From: a bacterium
Lineage (GTDB): Bacteria; UBA8248
Direction: 5' to 3'
DNA: 64,000 bases
Assembly (NCBI GenBank): GCA_965203325.1
Contig: OZ241875.1
Span: 1,760,001-1,824,000, forward strand
Part shown: positions 39,713 through 48,373 of the stretch, one piece after another
Position numbering within the stretch: position 1 is the first letter of the stretch
How the letters are laid out: each line of letters starts with the position of its first letter
Notes under the pieces: generated by a model
What the model saw: only the letters and a program-made list of their open reading frames with translations
The model's database searches: none
Told to the model about the DNA's origin: nothing
Made by a program: the position numbers and the translations under genes

Positions 39713-39898
39713 GATCTACCGCGTCCTTGCCGCCTCAAAAAAAACTTGACAAAGGTGAGGCGTCTTTGAGTATATCTATAATACAGATTCCGTAAGGCTT
39801 TATCGCCCTTATTCCGTTCTGGGGAAGAAACCGGATGATATCGTCCGTCGAGCGATTACCGAGATACGTGCGAGTCGACCTGAAAGCGAGGAGAGGAC

Positions 39899-40831
39899 AT
39901 GAAACTGATTTCAAAACGGGAAAACACTTATAAACAAATGATCGTTGCGGCGGTCGCTTTAGCCGTGTTTCTTCTCCCGGCGTTCGCACCCGATGCGCGC
40001 GCGGCGGATTCGAATGCGCAAGCTGAGGGTTCGAGATGGTACTTCGGCCTGAACGTGCCGGTCATGTTCATCGACGACTCGGACAGCGTCGAGAGCGGAG
40101 CAGCGCAAGCACAAGGAGCCCCCCTGCCAGTCCCATACAGGGCGAACGCCCTCACGGAATACGCTACGGGGTACAGGATCAGCGGCGTGGTGGGCCGTGA
40201 ATTCGGCGCGGGCCTGCGCGCCGACGCCGAGCTCTTCTTCGCGAGGGCCGAGGTCGACAAGCTGATCTACAAGGGACGGACCACAACCGTGCCGCAACTA
40301 GGCACTTTTGATATCGCTGGCGACCATTCCATCCCCGTCTCCGGCTCGGCGAGCCAGTTGGGCGCCATGGTGAACGTCTGGTACGACTTTAACGCGGGCT
40401 CCAAATGGAGGCCTTACATCGGCGGCGGCTTAGGACTCGTCCGGGTCGACTGGGGCGACGTGAAGTATGACCGCAACGAGGTCGCGCAGGGGGCTGCGAA
40501 CCAGCTTGCGCTCATCGGTGCGTGTGCGCAGCTTATGCAACCTCCGGGCTGCACTCTGCCTCCACCGGTCGAACAAGGAGCCCTGGCCCTGGCCACCCTG
40601 CCCCCGGGGACCGTGCCGGACCTTTCCGACACGGATACGGTGCTCGCCTTTCAACTCGGCGCGGGGGTGGGCTACCAGTATTCTGACGCCATTACCATTC
40701 AGTTGGGCTACCGCATGCTGAAAGCCGGCGATTTGGAGTTCAGCGGCAGTAGCGCCATGGGTTCAACGGCCACGGCGACGACGGAAATGCTGGTCCATCT
40801 CTTCGAGATAGGGATACGCTATCGGTTCTAG
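39899..40831 (+). CDS. Small outer-membrane beta-barrel (OmpA-like/opacity/P44-Msp2 type) with long loops
   Basis: Signal peptide, 'MVNVWYDF', 'PYIGGGLG', 'AFQLGAGVGY', C-terminal 'GIRYRF'. Confidence 0.8.
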   Translation: MKLISKRENTYKQMIVAAVALAVFLLPAFAPDARAADSNAQAEGSRWYFGLNVPVMFIDDSDSVESGAAQAQGAPLPVPYRANALTEYATGYRISGVVGREFGAGLRADAELFFARAEVDKLIYKGRTTTVPQLGTFDIAGDHSIPVSGSASQLGAMVNVWYDFNAGSKWRPYIGGGLGLVRVDWGDVKYDRNEVAQGAANQLALIGACAQLMQPPGCTLPPPVEQGALALATLPPGTVPDLSDTDTVLAFQLGAGVGYQYSDAITIQLGYRMLKAGDLEFSGSSAMGSTATATTEMLVHLFEIGIRYRF

Positions 40832-40969
40832 GCGTCGCGTGGCTCCTGAGCGTCCCGCCGGGACGAGGAACACGATTACGCGCGCCTCATACGGTTGCCG
40901 GCCGGGCATGACGCCGGCCGAACCCGCAGGCGAAGCCGCAGCCTTGGAACCGGGGGATGGCGGATACCG

Positions 40970-42001
40970 ATGAAAACCGAGCGAATCGAACGCAGAGAAA
41001 CAGCCTCGCTTTACCCATTCCCGGAAGGCTGGTACTTCATCGCCACCCGAAAAACGATAGAGAAGAAGAAGCTGATCCAAAGAACCTGGATGGGCGAGCA
41101 GATCGTCGTCTGGTGCGACGATGAGGGGCGCATCTGCGTGGCCGAGGACCTCTGCCCGCACCTGGGTTCCGAACTCGGGCCCGAAGTCGGCGGCGTGGTG
41201 CGGGACGGCTGCCTCGTTTGTCCTTTTCACGGGTTCGAGTACGACGCCACCGGTCAATGCGTGGCCACGCCCTACGCGCCGGCGCCCAGAACCGCCAGGC
41301 TTAAGGTTTTCGAAACCCGCGAAATCCTGGGTCTCGTCTTCGCCTGGTGGGGGCTGGGCGGACGCCCGCCGCAATGGCGTCTCCCCGAAGAGCCGAGCGG
41401 AGACGACTGGAGCGACCTCGAAACCTGGAGCGTGCGGTTCTCGGGGCATCCCCAGGAAACGACCGAGAACTCCGTCGACGACGGACACCTGCGCTACGTG
41501 CACGGCTTCGGCAGCGTGAACCGGGTCGGAACGATAGAGGTGGAGGGTTCCTACCTCAAGAGCTGCTTCGACTTCACGCGAAGCCAGACCCTCGCCGGGA
41601 TGAACATCTACACATACGACGTTTCCGCCGTCACCCACGTGCACGGGCTGGGCTATTCGTTCGTCGAGGTTCACGAGGACGGCATCGGCATGGATACGCG
41701 CCTGTGGGTGCTCGCGACGCCTATCGACGGCGAGGTCATCGAAATGGTGCTGGTCAGCCAGCTAAAGCGAATACGGAAGCCGAAGCGGCCGATCTTCGGC
41801 ATGCGCTTTCTGCCGTCCGGTCTTCGCACCCGGCTCATGAACAAAATCATCATAGCGGCCCAGAAGCGCGACGTTTTATCGGACGTCGTCATATGGGACC
41901 GGAAACATTACGTGCCGCGCCCCCGCCTGTGCAGTTCCGACGGGGAGATTGGCGTCTTTCGGCGCTATTGCGAGCAGTTCTATCCGGATCGGACGGATTG
42001 A
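40970..42001 (+). CDS. Rieske non-heme iron oxygenase (KshA/Neverland-like sterol oxygenase type)
   Basis: FPEGWY, CPHLG...CPFHG Rieske cluster, ENSVDDGHLRYVH iron site, 'D..IW..K.Y...P.L...DG.I..FRR...QFY' C-terminus. Confidence 0.85.
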   Translation: MKTERIERRETASLYPFPEGWYFIATRKTIEKKKLIQRTWMGEQIVVWCDDEGRICVAEDLCPHLGSELGPEVGGVVRDGCLVCPFHGFEYDATGQCVATPYAPAPRTARLKVFETREILGLVFAWWGLGGRPPQWRLPEEPSGDDWSDLETWSVRFSGHPQETTENSVDDGHLRYVHGFGSVNRVGTIEVEGSYLKSCFDFTRSQTLAGMNIYTYDVSAVTHVHGLGYSFVEVHEDGIGMDTRLWVLATPIDGEVIEMVLVSQLKRIRKPKRPIFGMRFLPSGLRTRLMNKIIIAAQKRDVLSDVVIWDRKHYVPRPRLCSSDGEIGVFRRYCEQFYPDRTD

Positions 42002-42092
42002 GTTCGGAGGGGCGAGGCCGGCGGGAGAGCCGTCCGCGCCATCGCCCGCGCGGGTTTCGCCGGACACGAAGAGAGAAAGGACACGCCACGCC

Positions 42093-43124
42093 ATGGAAAT
42101 AGGCAAACTATCGAAAGAGCTCAAGGATGCCTATCAAGAGGGGAACGTCACCCGCCGCGTGCAAGACTTCGAGGGCTGGATCGACCGGGCGGCGGAGTCC
42201 GACGGCGCGAGCGGGTACGACCACACCGAAACGGTGAAGGCCTACTACGACCTTTGCAGCGGTTTCATGGTGTGGGGTTGGGGCGAATCCCTGCATTTCG
42301 CGCCCCTCTCGCCGAACGAGAGTCTGGAGGACTCGAAAGTCCGGCATCAGCGGCTGATGATCGACAAACTGGAGTTGCAGAGGGGCATGACGGTGATCGA
42401 CGTCGGCTGCGGCATCGGCGGCCCGATGCGCCGCGTCGTCCGTGAGGCCGGCGTCCGGGTCGTCGGGATCAACATCAACAAAATCCAGCTGGAGAGGGCG
42501 AAGAGGTTGAACGCCGAGGCGGGGCTCGACCACATGATCGATTACGAGGCGTGCAGCTTCATGGATATGAGCACCATCGGGGACGAGGCGTTCGACCGGG
42601 GCTACGCCATCGAGTCGACGTGCCACGCGCCGGACAAACAACGCGCCTTCGCGGAGATATTCCGCGTCCTGAAACCCGGCGCCCTGTTCTGGGGCCAGGA
42701 GATGTGCCTGACGGAGAAGTTCGACCCGAACGACGCCCGGCACCGGACCATCAAGCGGGAGCTCATGCGCGGCATTGCGCTCAAGGAGGTCGCGACGTTC
42801 GGGGAAGTGAACCAGGCGCTCGAAGCGGCGGGATTCCAAGTCGTCGAAGGGATGGACCGGGAGGTCCGGGAGGGGCCGTCCACACCGTGGTATCAACCCA
42901 TGGAGAGTCGGCACGGGACGCTGGGCAACGCCTTGCGCAGGCTTCCGCAGGGCCGCAGGGCGGTCCTCGCGGGCTCGAAGCTGGCCGAGGTGGTCCGGCT
43001 GTTTCCGAAGGGTTCCGCGGAAGTCGTCCGGCTCCTGGATCGGACCGCGGACGCCTATGTCGCGGGCGGCAAATCGGGCATCTTCACGCCGCTGTACTGC
43101 TTCCTGGCCCGCAAACCCCTTTAG
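42093..43124 (+). CDS. Sterol C24-methyltransferase (SMT/ERG6 family)
   Basis: YYD....F..WGWGESLHFA, DVGCGIGGP, YAIESTCHAP, EIFRVLKPG, PWYQP, C-terminal GGKSGIFTPLY.FLARKP matching the ERG6/SMT layout. Confidence 0.88.
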   Translation: MEIGKLSKELKDAYQEGNVTRRVQDFEGWIDRAAESDGASGYDHTETVKAYYDLCSGFMVWGWGESLHFAPLSPNESLEDSKVRHQRLMIDKLELQRGMTVIDVGCGIGGPMRRVVREAGVRVVGININKIQLERAKRLNAEAGLDHMIDYEACSFMDMSTIGDEAFDRGYAIESTCHAPDKQRAFAEIFRVLKPGALFWGQEMCLTEKFDPNDARHRTIKRELMRGIALKEVATFGEVNQALEAAGFQVVEGMDREVREGPSTPWYQPMESRHGTLGNALRRLPQGRRAVLAGSKLAEVVRLFPKGSAEVVRLLDRTADAYVAGGKSGIFTPLYCFLARKPL

Positions 43125-43205
43125 CCTCGATCCGCGCCGCACGCGGAAAAACGCCCGCCGACGCAGCCGGACAGAACTTGCAAATATCTGGAAATAAGGG
43201 AGTTG

Positions 43206-43466
43206 CTAGAGGGCGCGCTCGCGCTTTTTGATGTCGGCCATCACCTTCGTGATGCCGCGCTTGGCGATGATCTTGAGGCCCTTCGCCGATACGCGCAGCT
43301 TCACCCAGCGCTTCTCCTCGGGCAGGTAGAAGCGCTTCACGTGCAGGTTCGCCTCGAAGCGCCGCCTCGTCTTCTTGTGCGAGTGCGAGACGTTGTTGCC
43401 GTACATCACGCTCTTGCCGGTGACGGCGCATCGCTTGCGCGCCACGGTGTTCTTATAGGTTTTCAT
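43206..43466 (-). CDS. rpmB: 50S ribosomal protein L28
   Basis: RCAVTGK...GNNVSHSHKKTRRRFEANL; start may be GTG at 43445. Confidence 0.95.
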   Translation of the reverse strand: MKTYKNTVARKRCAVTGKSVMYGNNVSHSHKKTRRRFEANLHVKRFYLPEEKRWVKLRVSAKGLKIIAKRGITKVMADIKKRERAL

Positions 43467-43616
43467 CTATTTCGTCTCCCGAAACGGCTCGTGGCTTCGG
43501 CACAATTTACAGTACTTCCTGAATTCGAGCCGATCCGGCGTGTTGCGCTTGTTCTTGGTGCTCGTGTAGCGGATCTTCTTGCAAGTCGTGCATTCGAGTT
43601 GAATGTTCTCGCGCAT
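43467..43616 (-). CDS. rpmG: 50S ribosomal protein L33 (zinc-binding C+ form)
   Basis: Own translation: [49 protein letters not shown]. Confidence 0.95.
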   Translation of the reverse strand: MRENIQLECTTCKKIRYTSTKNKRNTPDRLEFRKYCKLCRSHEPFRETK

Positions 43617-43850
43617 CTCGAAACCTCAACGAAAATCAACGTCTTGGGACGCATCGGCGCATCCCCGGTCCACAAAGAAGCGAAACCATAGCCAACCACA
43701 GGAAAAAAGGCAAGTCGCGCGCGAGGTATTTTGTTCGTCTCTTATGCGCTAGAATCACGTGTTCCAATTCATCGAGAAGCGGATAAGGCGCAAGGCGTTT
43801 TTTCGAGGCCCGCGCCATCCCGAAATCCAAACGTCGAAGGAGAGAGCACA

Positions 43851-44732
43851 GTGGCTAAAATCGTCGCATACCTGGGGCTCGGCACCATGGGCGGAGCCAT
43901 GACCAACAATCTTCTCAAAGCGGGATTCGTGGTTCACGGATACGATCCGTCGCCGGAGGCGCGCGCACGGGCGGAGGAGGCGGGAGCGAAAACCTTCGAC
44001 TCCCCGGCCGAGGCGGCTTCTGAAGCCGAGGTCATCTGTTCATCCGTACCCGAAACCAGGGACGTGCACGAAACCTATCTCGGAGAAAAAGGCGCGCTCC
44101 TCACCTCGAAGGATGGCGTCGTCTGTTTTGATTTCTCCACCATCGCTCCCAGCGGCAGCCAAGACATTGCGCAGCAAGCGGCGGAAAAGGGCGCGATTTT
44201 CCTCGATACGCCCGTGAGCGGCAGTGCTCCCAGCGCCATTAGTGCGGAGCTCAACGTGATGGTCGGCGGCGATGAAGCGGCGATGAACGCACACCGCGAC
44301 GTTCTCGAGGCGGTGTCGGAGTCCGTCAACTATTTCGGGCCGAACGGCGCGGGCCTGCACATGAAGCTCGTGGCCAACCAAATCGTCTCGGTGTTTTTCT
44401 CCGTGGTGTCCGAAGGACTCACCTTGGGCGAACGCTCGGGCCTCGACCCCGTCGAGATGATGGAATACCTGAAAAACGCCTCGATTCCGAAGATTCTGGG
44501 CATCAAGGGCTCCGCCCTGGCGAGCCGGGACTACACGCCGTTTTTCAGGATCGACTTGATGTGCAAGGACCTGCGCCTCATCTCCGAGATGGCCGAGGCC
44601 GCGACGACGCCGACGCCCTTCGCAGCACTTGCGAGGCAGGTATACATCGCCACGTCGGCCATGGGCTTCGGCGATGTGGACCAAAACGCCGTGCGCGAGT
44701 TTTTCGATAAAACCGCCGGGCTCAGCGCTTGA
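43851..44732 (+). CDS. NAD(P)-dependent 3-hydroxyisobutyrate dehydrogenase family oxidoreductase
   Basis: YLGLGTMGGAM, DFSTI.P, LDTPVSG, MVGG, KLVAN, KDL; GTG start after AAGGAG. Confidence 0.88.
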   Translation: MAKIVAYLGLGTMGGAMTNNLLKAGFVVHGYDPSPEARARAEEAGAKTFDSPAEAASEAEVICSSVPETRDVHETYLGEKGALLTSKDGVVCFDFSTIAPSGSQDIAQQAAEKGAIFLDTPVSGSAPSAISAELNVMVGGDEAAMNAHRDVLEAVSESVNYFGPNGAGLHMKLVANQIVSVFFSVVSEGLTLGERSGLDPVEMMEYLKNASIPKILGIKGSALASRDYTPFFRIDLMCKDLRLISEMAEAATTPTPFAALARQVYIATSAMGFGDVDQNAVREFFDKTAGLSA

Positions 44733-44746
44733 TATTTCGCGACTGA

Positions 44747-44867
44747 AGGGGCTGTTGAAAAAGTCCGCACAGGATCCTGTAAGTAGAGGGTTTGTAGGGA
44801 CAGGTCGCGACCTGTCCCTACGGCGAACGATCTCGAAAGTCAGGCAAAGGCTTTTTCAACAGCCCCC
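44747..44867. mobile_element. ~120-bp MITE with IS1182-like ends and GTAG-REP core
   Basis: GGGGCTGTTGAAAAAG ... CTTTTTCAACAGCCCC, flanking (C)TGA repeat, internal perfect palindrome GTAGGGACAGGTCGCGACCTGTCCCTAC. Confidence 0.8.
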
Positions 44868-44873
44868 TGAAGT

Positions 44874-45863
44874 CTAAGTCGCTCTCTTGAAAAACCCCTC
44901 GACGGGGAGTGGCGCGCCCACGCCCTGCGCCTTGGCGCGCCGGTAGAGTTCCGCGCCCAGGGCCACGTCTTCTATCGCGACGCCCTGGCTCAGGAACAGG
45001 TTGATCTCGTCATCGGACGCGCGTCCCGGCATGACGCCCGCCGCGATCAGCCCGAGCTCCGACACCTGTCCCCACTGGATGGCGTTCGCCCGCACCGCGC
45101 CGACCAAGTCGCCGCTCTCGAATTCGGCGCCCTCCAAATTATCCGTCACGATACGTCCCGCCGCCGCGCGGCGGAAAGTCTCGTCGTCCACCTCGCGGTT
45201 CGTGATGCGGTTCGAGCCCGCCGCGATGACCGTCGCGCCCGGCTCCAGGTCGCCCCCGTCGAAAACCGGTTCGCGCGCCGTGGTGATGGTGCAGACAATC
45301 TGCGAGCCTCTCACCGCCTCGCTCGCAGATTCCACCGGAACGAGTTCCGCGCTCACCCTACCCTGCATCGCGCTAATGAATTTTTCTCTTTTCTCGGAAC
45401 GGCGGCTGTGGACTTTCACGGTTTTGAGGTCGCGCGCGCAGCAAATGGCTTCGAGTTGCGATCTCGCCTGCCACCCCGTGCCGATCAGCCCGGCCACCTC
45501 GGCGTCTTCTCTCGCCATGTATTTCACGGCGACCCCGCTCGCCGCCCCCGTGCGCATCTGGCCCTGCACATTGGCCTCCATGAGCGAGAGCATCTCAGAG
45601 GTGTTCGCATCCCACAGCAGGAAGATGAAGCGCACGCCGATGCCCGGAAACGTGGTATAGGCCTTGAGACCCAGATAGCCCTCGTTCTCATCCACCATGC
45701 CGCCGAACATGACGTGCATCGTTCCCTTGGGGAGAAAAACCCGCCGCCTCGGTTGATTCGGCGCGCGCCCCTCCCCCTGGGCCTTGAAGCATTTCTCCAC
45801 CACGTCCATGACATCGGACATGTTCACCAGACTCTTGACGTCGGACTCACTCAGATAAAGCAA
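44874..45863 (-). CDS. Ornithine cyclodeaminase / mu-crystallin family protein
   Basis: RTGAASGVA, IGTGWQA..QL, T.T.A..PV, S.G.A.ED. Confidence 0.9.
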   Translation of the reverse strand: MLYLSESDVKSLVNMSDVMDVVEKCFKAQGEGRAPNQPRRRVFLPKGTMHVMFGGMVDENEGYLGLKAYTTFPGIGVRFIFLLWDANTSEMLSLMEANVQGQMRTGAASGVAVKYMAREDAEVAGLIGTGWQARSQLEAICCARDLKTVKVHSRRSEKREKFISAMQGRVSAELVPVESASEAVRGSQIVCTITTAREPVFDGGDLEPGATVIAAGSNRITNREVDDETFRRAAAGRIVTDNLEGAEFESGDLVGAVRANAIQWGQVSELGLIAAGVMPGRASDDEINLFLSQGVAIEDVALGAELYRRAKAQGVGAPLPVEGFFKRAT

Positions 45864-45910
45864 CGATCCTCTCTCCTCTGTGATTCAAGATTCCCAGAAA
45901 CCAAGACATC

Positions 45911-47152
45911 TCAGGTCAAAGCGACGCTCGAAAAAGTGACCGTCCCGTTCGGGTCCGGCCATTGAGAATAGCGCAGCACCTCTCCCTCGCAGCCATCCAA
46001 AACGCGCAGCATGGTGTAGATGGGCGCCAAGCCGCACACGTTCCTCGCATCCCCATCCTCCGCCACGCTCCAGTAGAACGCCTCCGCATCCCCGCGGCAC
46101 ACCGCCTCCAGGGATTTCCCGTCCGCACCCGCGAGTTCTTCCAATCGCGCCTCGTCCACGGGCCTTTCATCGCCGAACTGGGGGCCGACGTGAGCGAAAT
46201 CCACACTCGCCATCAGGCAGACCTTTCCCCCGTTTCGCCGGTGCGCCGCCATCGTCTCTCTCAGCGCAGTGATGAAAGTCTCCACCTGCGCATCGCCCCG
46301 GGGAGATTCCCCTCGGGCAACAAAGGGGTGGAACGAACCCACCAGAACGGGGACGAACCGGACCGGACGAACGCCCGCAAAGAGATACTGGAGAAAAACC
46401 GCCTGGAACTCGATGGAGTGCTCACCGCGATGCGCGAATTCATCCTGAAAGGAATTCACCTCCAGACTGCCGGATAGTTCCTCCACGAATCCTGCGTCCG
46501 CCTCCAAAACCCCGAACGGCGTCTCGAAAGACTTGGCCGTGAGGTTATAGATGTATTTTGTCGGGGCGTGGACCGTTCCGAGGACGACGAACAGATCGGC
46601 GTCGGCTCGTTCTGCGATGAACTTGTACGCCCATGCGAAAGTGGCGCCGCCGCGATGAAAATCGATATGCGGCGCGACCACGCCCCGAAGCGGTTTGGCC
46701 GGAGCCCGGGAGTTCTTCGCGGGCATCCCGGGGCCGTCAGCCCCGGTGAAAAAACCATCGATGTGGGACCGCAGACGCGCCGGGTCCGCGTCGTAGCTTT
46801 TGCCCGCCAGAAAATTCGGCCGCACCGGAGCGCTCAGGTAGGCATCCTTGAGCGATGCGCTCCAGGAGACGAAACCGTCTCCTTCGAGGAAATGCGCCTC
46901 TTCGAGACTCGATACCATCGCCCGGTAGCTTTCTTCCGTGACATCCATCCCGTGGCGGGACTTACACTGTTGCCGGATGTCTTCAAACGTGTGGCGCCCG
47001 TCGAGCAGGCTCAGCACGGGAACCAGCGCCATGGGCGCAAAAAGGACCGCCTCGCTGAGACGTAGCGGGTCGCTCAGCCTCAGCATCCTTTGGCCCTGAT
47101 GCTCCGCAGGGGCGGCCTCGACGGGCCTCAGCTTCAATCGCTCAGATGCCAT
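45911..47152 (-). CDS. AmmeMemoRadiSam system protein B (MEMO1 family) with N-terminal extension
   Basis: AG.SY, APHID, LGT.H, TPFG, H..EHSIE.Q, SVDF.H.G, NVCG..P. Confidence 0.85.
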   Translation of the reverse strand: MASERLKLRPVEAAPAEHQGQRMLRLSDPLRLSEAVLFAPMALVPVLSLLDGRHTFEDIRQQCKSRHGMDVTEESYRAMVSSLEEAHFLEGDGFVSWSASLKDAYLSAPVRPNFLAGKSYDADPARLRSHIDGFFTGADGPGMPAKNSRAPAKPLRGVVAPHIDFHRGGATFAWAYKFIAERADADLFVVLGTVHAPTKYIYNLTAKSFETPFGVLEADAGFVEELSGSLEVNSFQDEFAHRGEHSIEFQAVFLQYLFAGVRPVRFVPVLVGSFHPFVARGESPRGDAQVETFITALRETMAAHRRNGGKVCLMASVDFAHVGPQFGDERPVDEARLEELAGADGKSLEAVCRGDAEAFYWSVAEDGDARNVCGLAPIYTMLRVLDGCEGEVLRYSQWPDPNGTVTFSSVALT

Positions 47153-47164
47153 ATCCAAAATTCT

Positions 47165-48373
47165 TCATCCTCCGCCTTGCTCGGCATGTCGTCCAAAAAA
47201 CGGAGCGCAGGATATCCCGATGAGCGACATGATCGCCAGCGTATAAAAACCCGGGCCGAACGACCCGGCCCAGTCCCTTATCGCGCCGACCATCCAGGGC
47301 CCGACGAAACCGCCCAGATATCCCATCCCGATGATCAAACCACCCGCCCGGCCCACCTGGCTTTTCTCCACGTACTGCGCGGGATACGCCAGACAGAACA
47401 AAAACCAGCAGTTCGTGGTCAAACCCAAAAAGGCTGTCCCCATCGCCGCGACCCAGGCGTTTCCCGCCGGCATCAGCGCGAGCGCAGCGGCCGTGAACAA
47501 CCCGCATAAAACCATCATCACCCGTTCGCCGCCTACGGCCAACGCCATTTTATGCGCTGTCAGGGAAACAAAAATCCCGAGCAAAGGCAAACTCGAAACG
47601 ATAAGCGCGGCGCTCGCCTGCGGCCAGCCTTTCGTCATCAGAACCGTGGCCAGCCAGCCCAGACTCGTATAAAAGACGACGTTGTTGAAGAACAAGGAGG
47701 CGGCGACCCCCCATACGCCGAGGAGCCGGTACACCGCCCCGCTTTTGGCCGAGGCGGATTCGGAGCCTGAGTCTACCGCGATCGAGGCGGAGTTCCTCAG
47801 CCAGACGACGAACGCCGCGACCAGAATGAGCGCCCAGCCCAGATAGCCGCCGCGCCAGACGCTCCCTCCCCATGAGGCGGGCAAAATGGCTGCGGCCGGC
47901 GTCATGTAGTGCGAAGCCGCGACGCCCAGGCCCGCCCCTGCGATGATGGAAGCCGTATAAACGGCGGAGCCGAACGCGTTGCGCTCGGACGGCACTATCG
48001 TGCCCACCACTTTCGGCATGACGGGAAACACCAGGCCCAGGCCCGCGCCCACGAGCGCGATTCCCGTAGCGAGCGACCAGAAATCTCCGCTGCAAAAGCG
48101 GACGGCGCCTCCCAGCAGAGTGAGGAAAACGCCGCAAAGGACCATCTTCTTCACACCCAGCCGATCGACCAGCCGGCCCCCTGCGATCGCGAAAAACGCT
48201 ATCAACGGAAACGGCGCGGAGAGCAGAAAACCGCCCGCGCCGAAGGACAGGTCCAGGTCATCGCGGAGGAAGCCGATGAGCCCGCTCGTCGACACCAACG
48301 AGCCGAAAACGGCGAAGATGATGAAGCAGGCCGCCCCTAATACGGAGCGCCAACCCGGGTTTTCTTCGGTCAT
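47165..48373 (-). CDS. MFS transporter (CynX-like)
   Basis: 12 hydrophobic segments, G.L.DRLG motif, 'GP..VG.IRD..G.F'. Confidence 0.85.
   Translation of the reverse strand: MTEENPGWRSVLGAACFIIFAVFGSLVSTSGLIGFLRDDLDLSFGAGGFLLSAPFPLIAFFAIAGGRLVDRLGVKKMVLCGVFLTLLGGAVRFCSGDFWSLATGIALVGAGLGLVFPVMPKVVGTIVPSERNAFGSAVYTASIIAGAGLGVAASHYMTPAAAILPASWGGSVWRGGYLGWALILVAAFVVWLRNSASIAVDSGSESASAKSGAVYRLLGVWGVAASLFFNNVVFYTSLGWLATVLMTKGWPQASAALIVSSLPLLGIFVSLTAHKMALAVGGERVMMVLCGLFTAAALALMPAGNAWVAAMGTAFLGLTTNCWFLFCLAYPAQYVEKSQVGRAGGLIIGMGYLGGFVGPWMVGAIRDWAGSFGPGFYTLAIMSLIGISCAPFFGRHAEQGGG

Noticed and set aside
39746..39782. TTGACA...TATAAT promoter upstream of the OM barrel
   Set aside because: Spacing between the perfect hexamers is 25 bp, too long to call confidently
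29813..43124. De novo sterol biosynthesis cluster
   Set aside because: No squalene synthase, squalene epoxidase or oxidosqualene cyclase motifs (DCTAE, QW repeats) in the window
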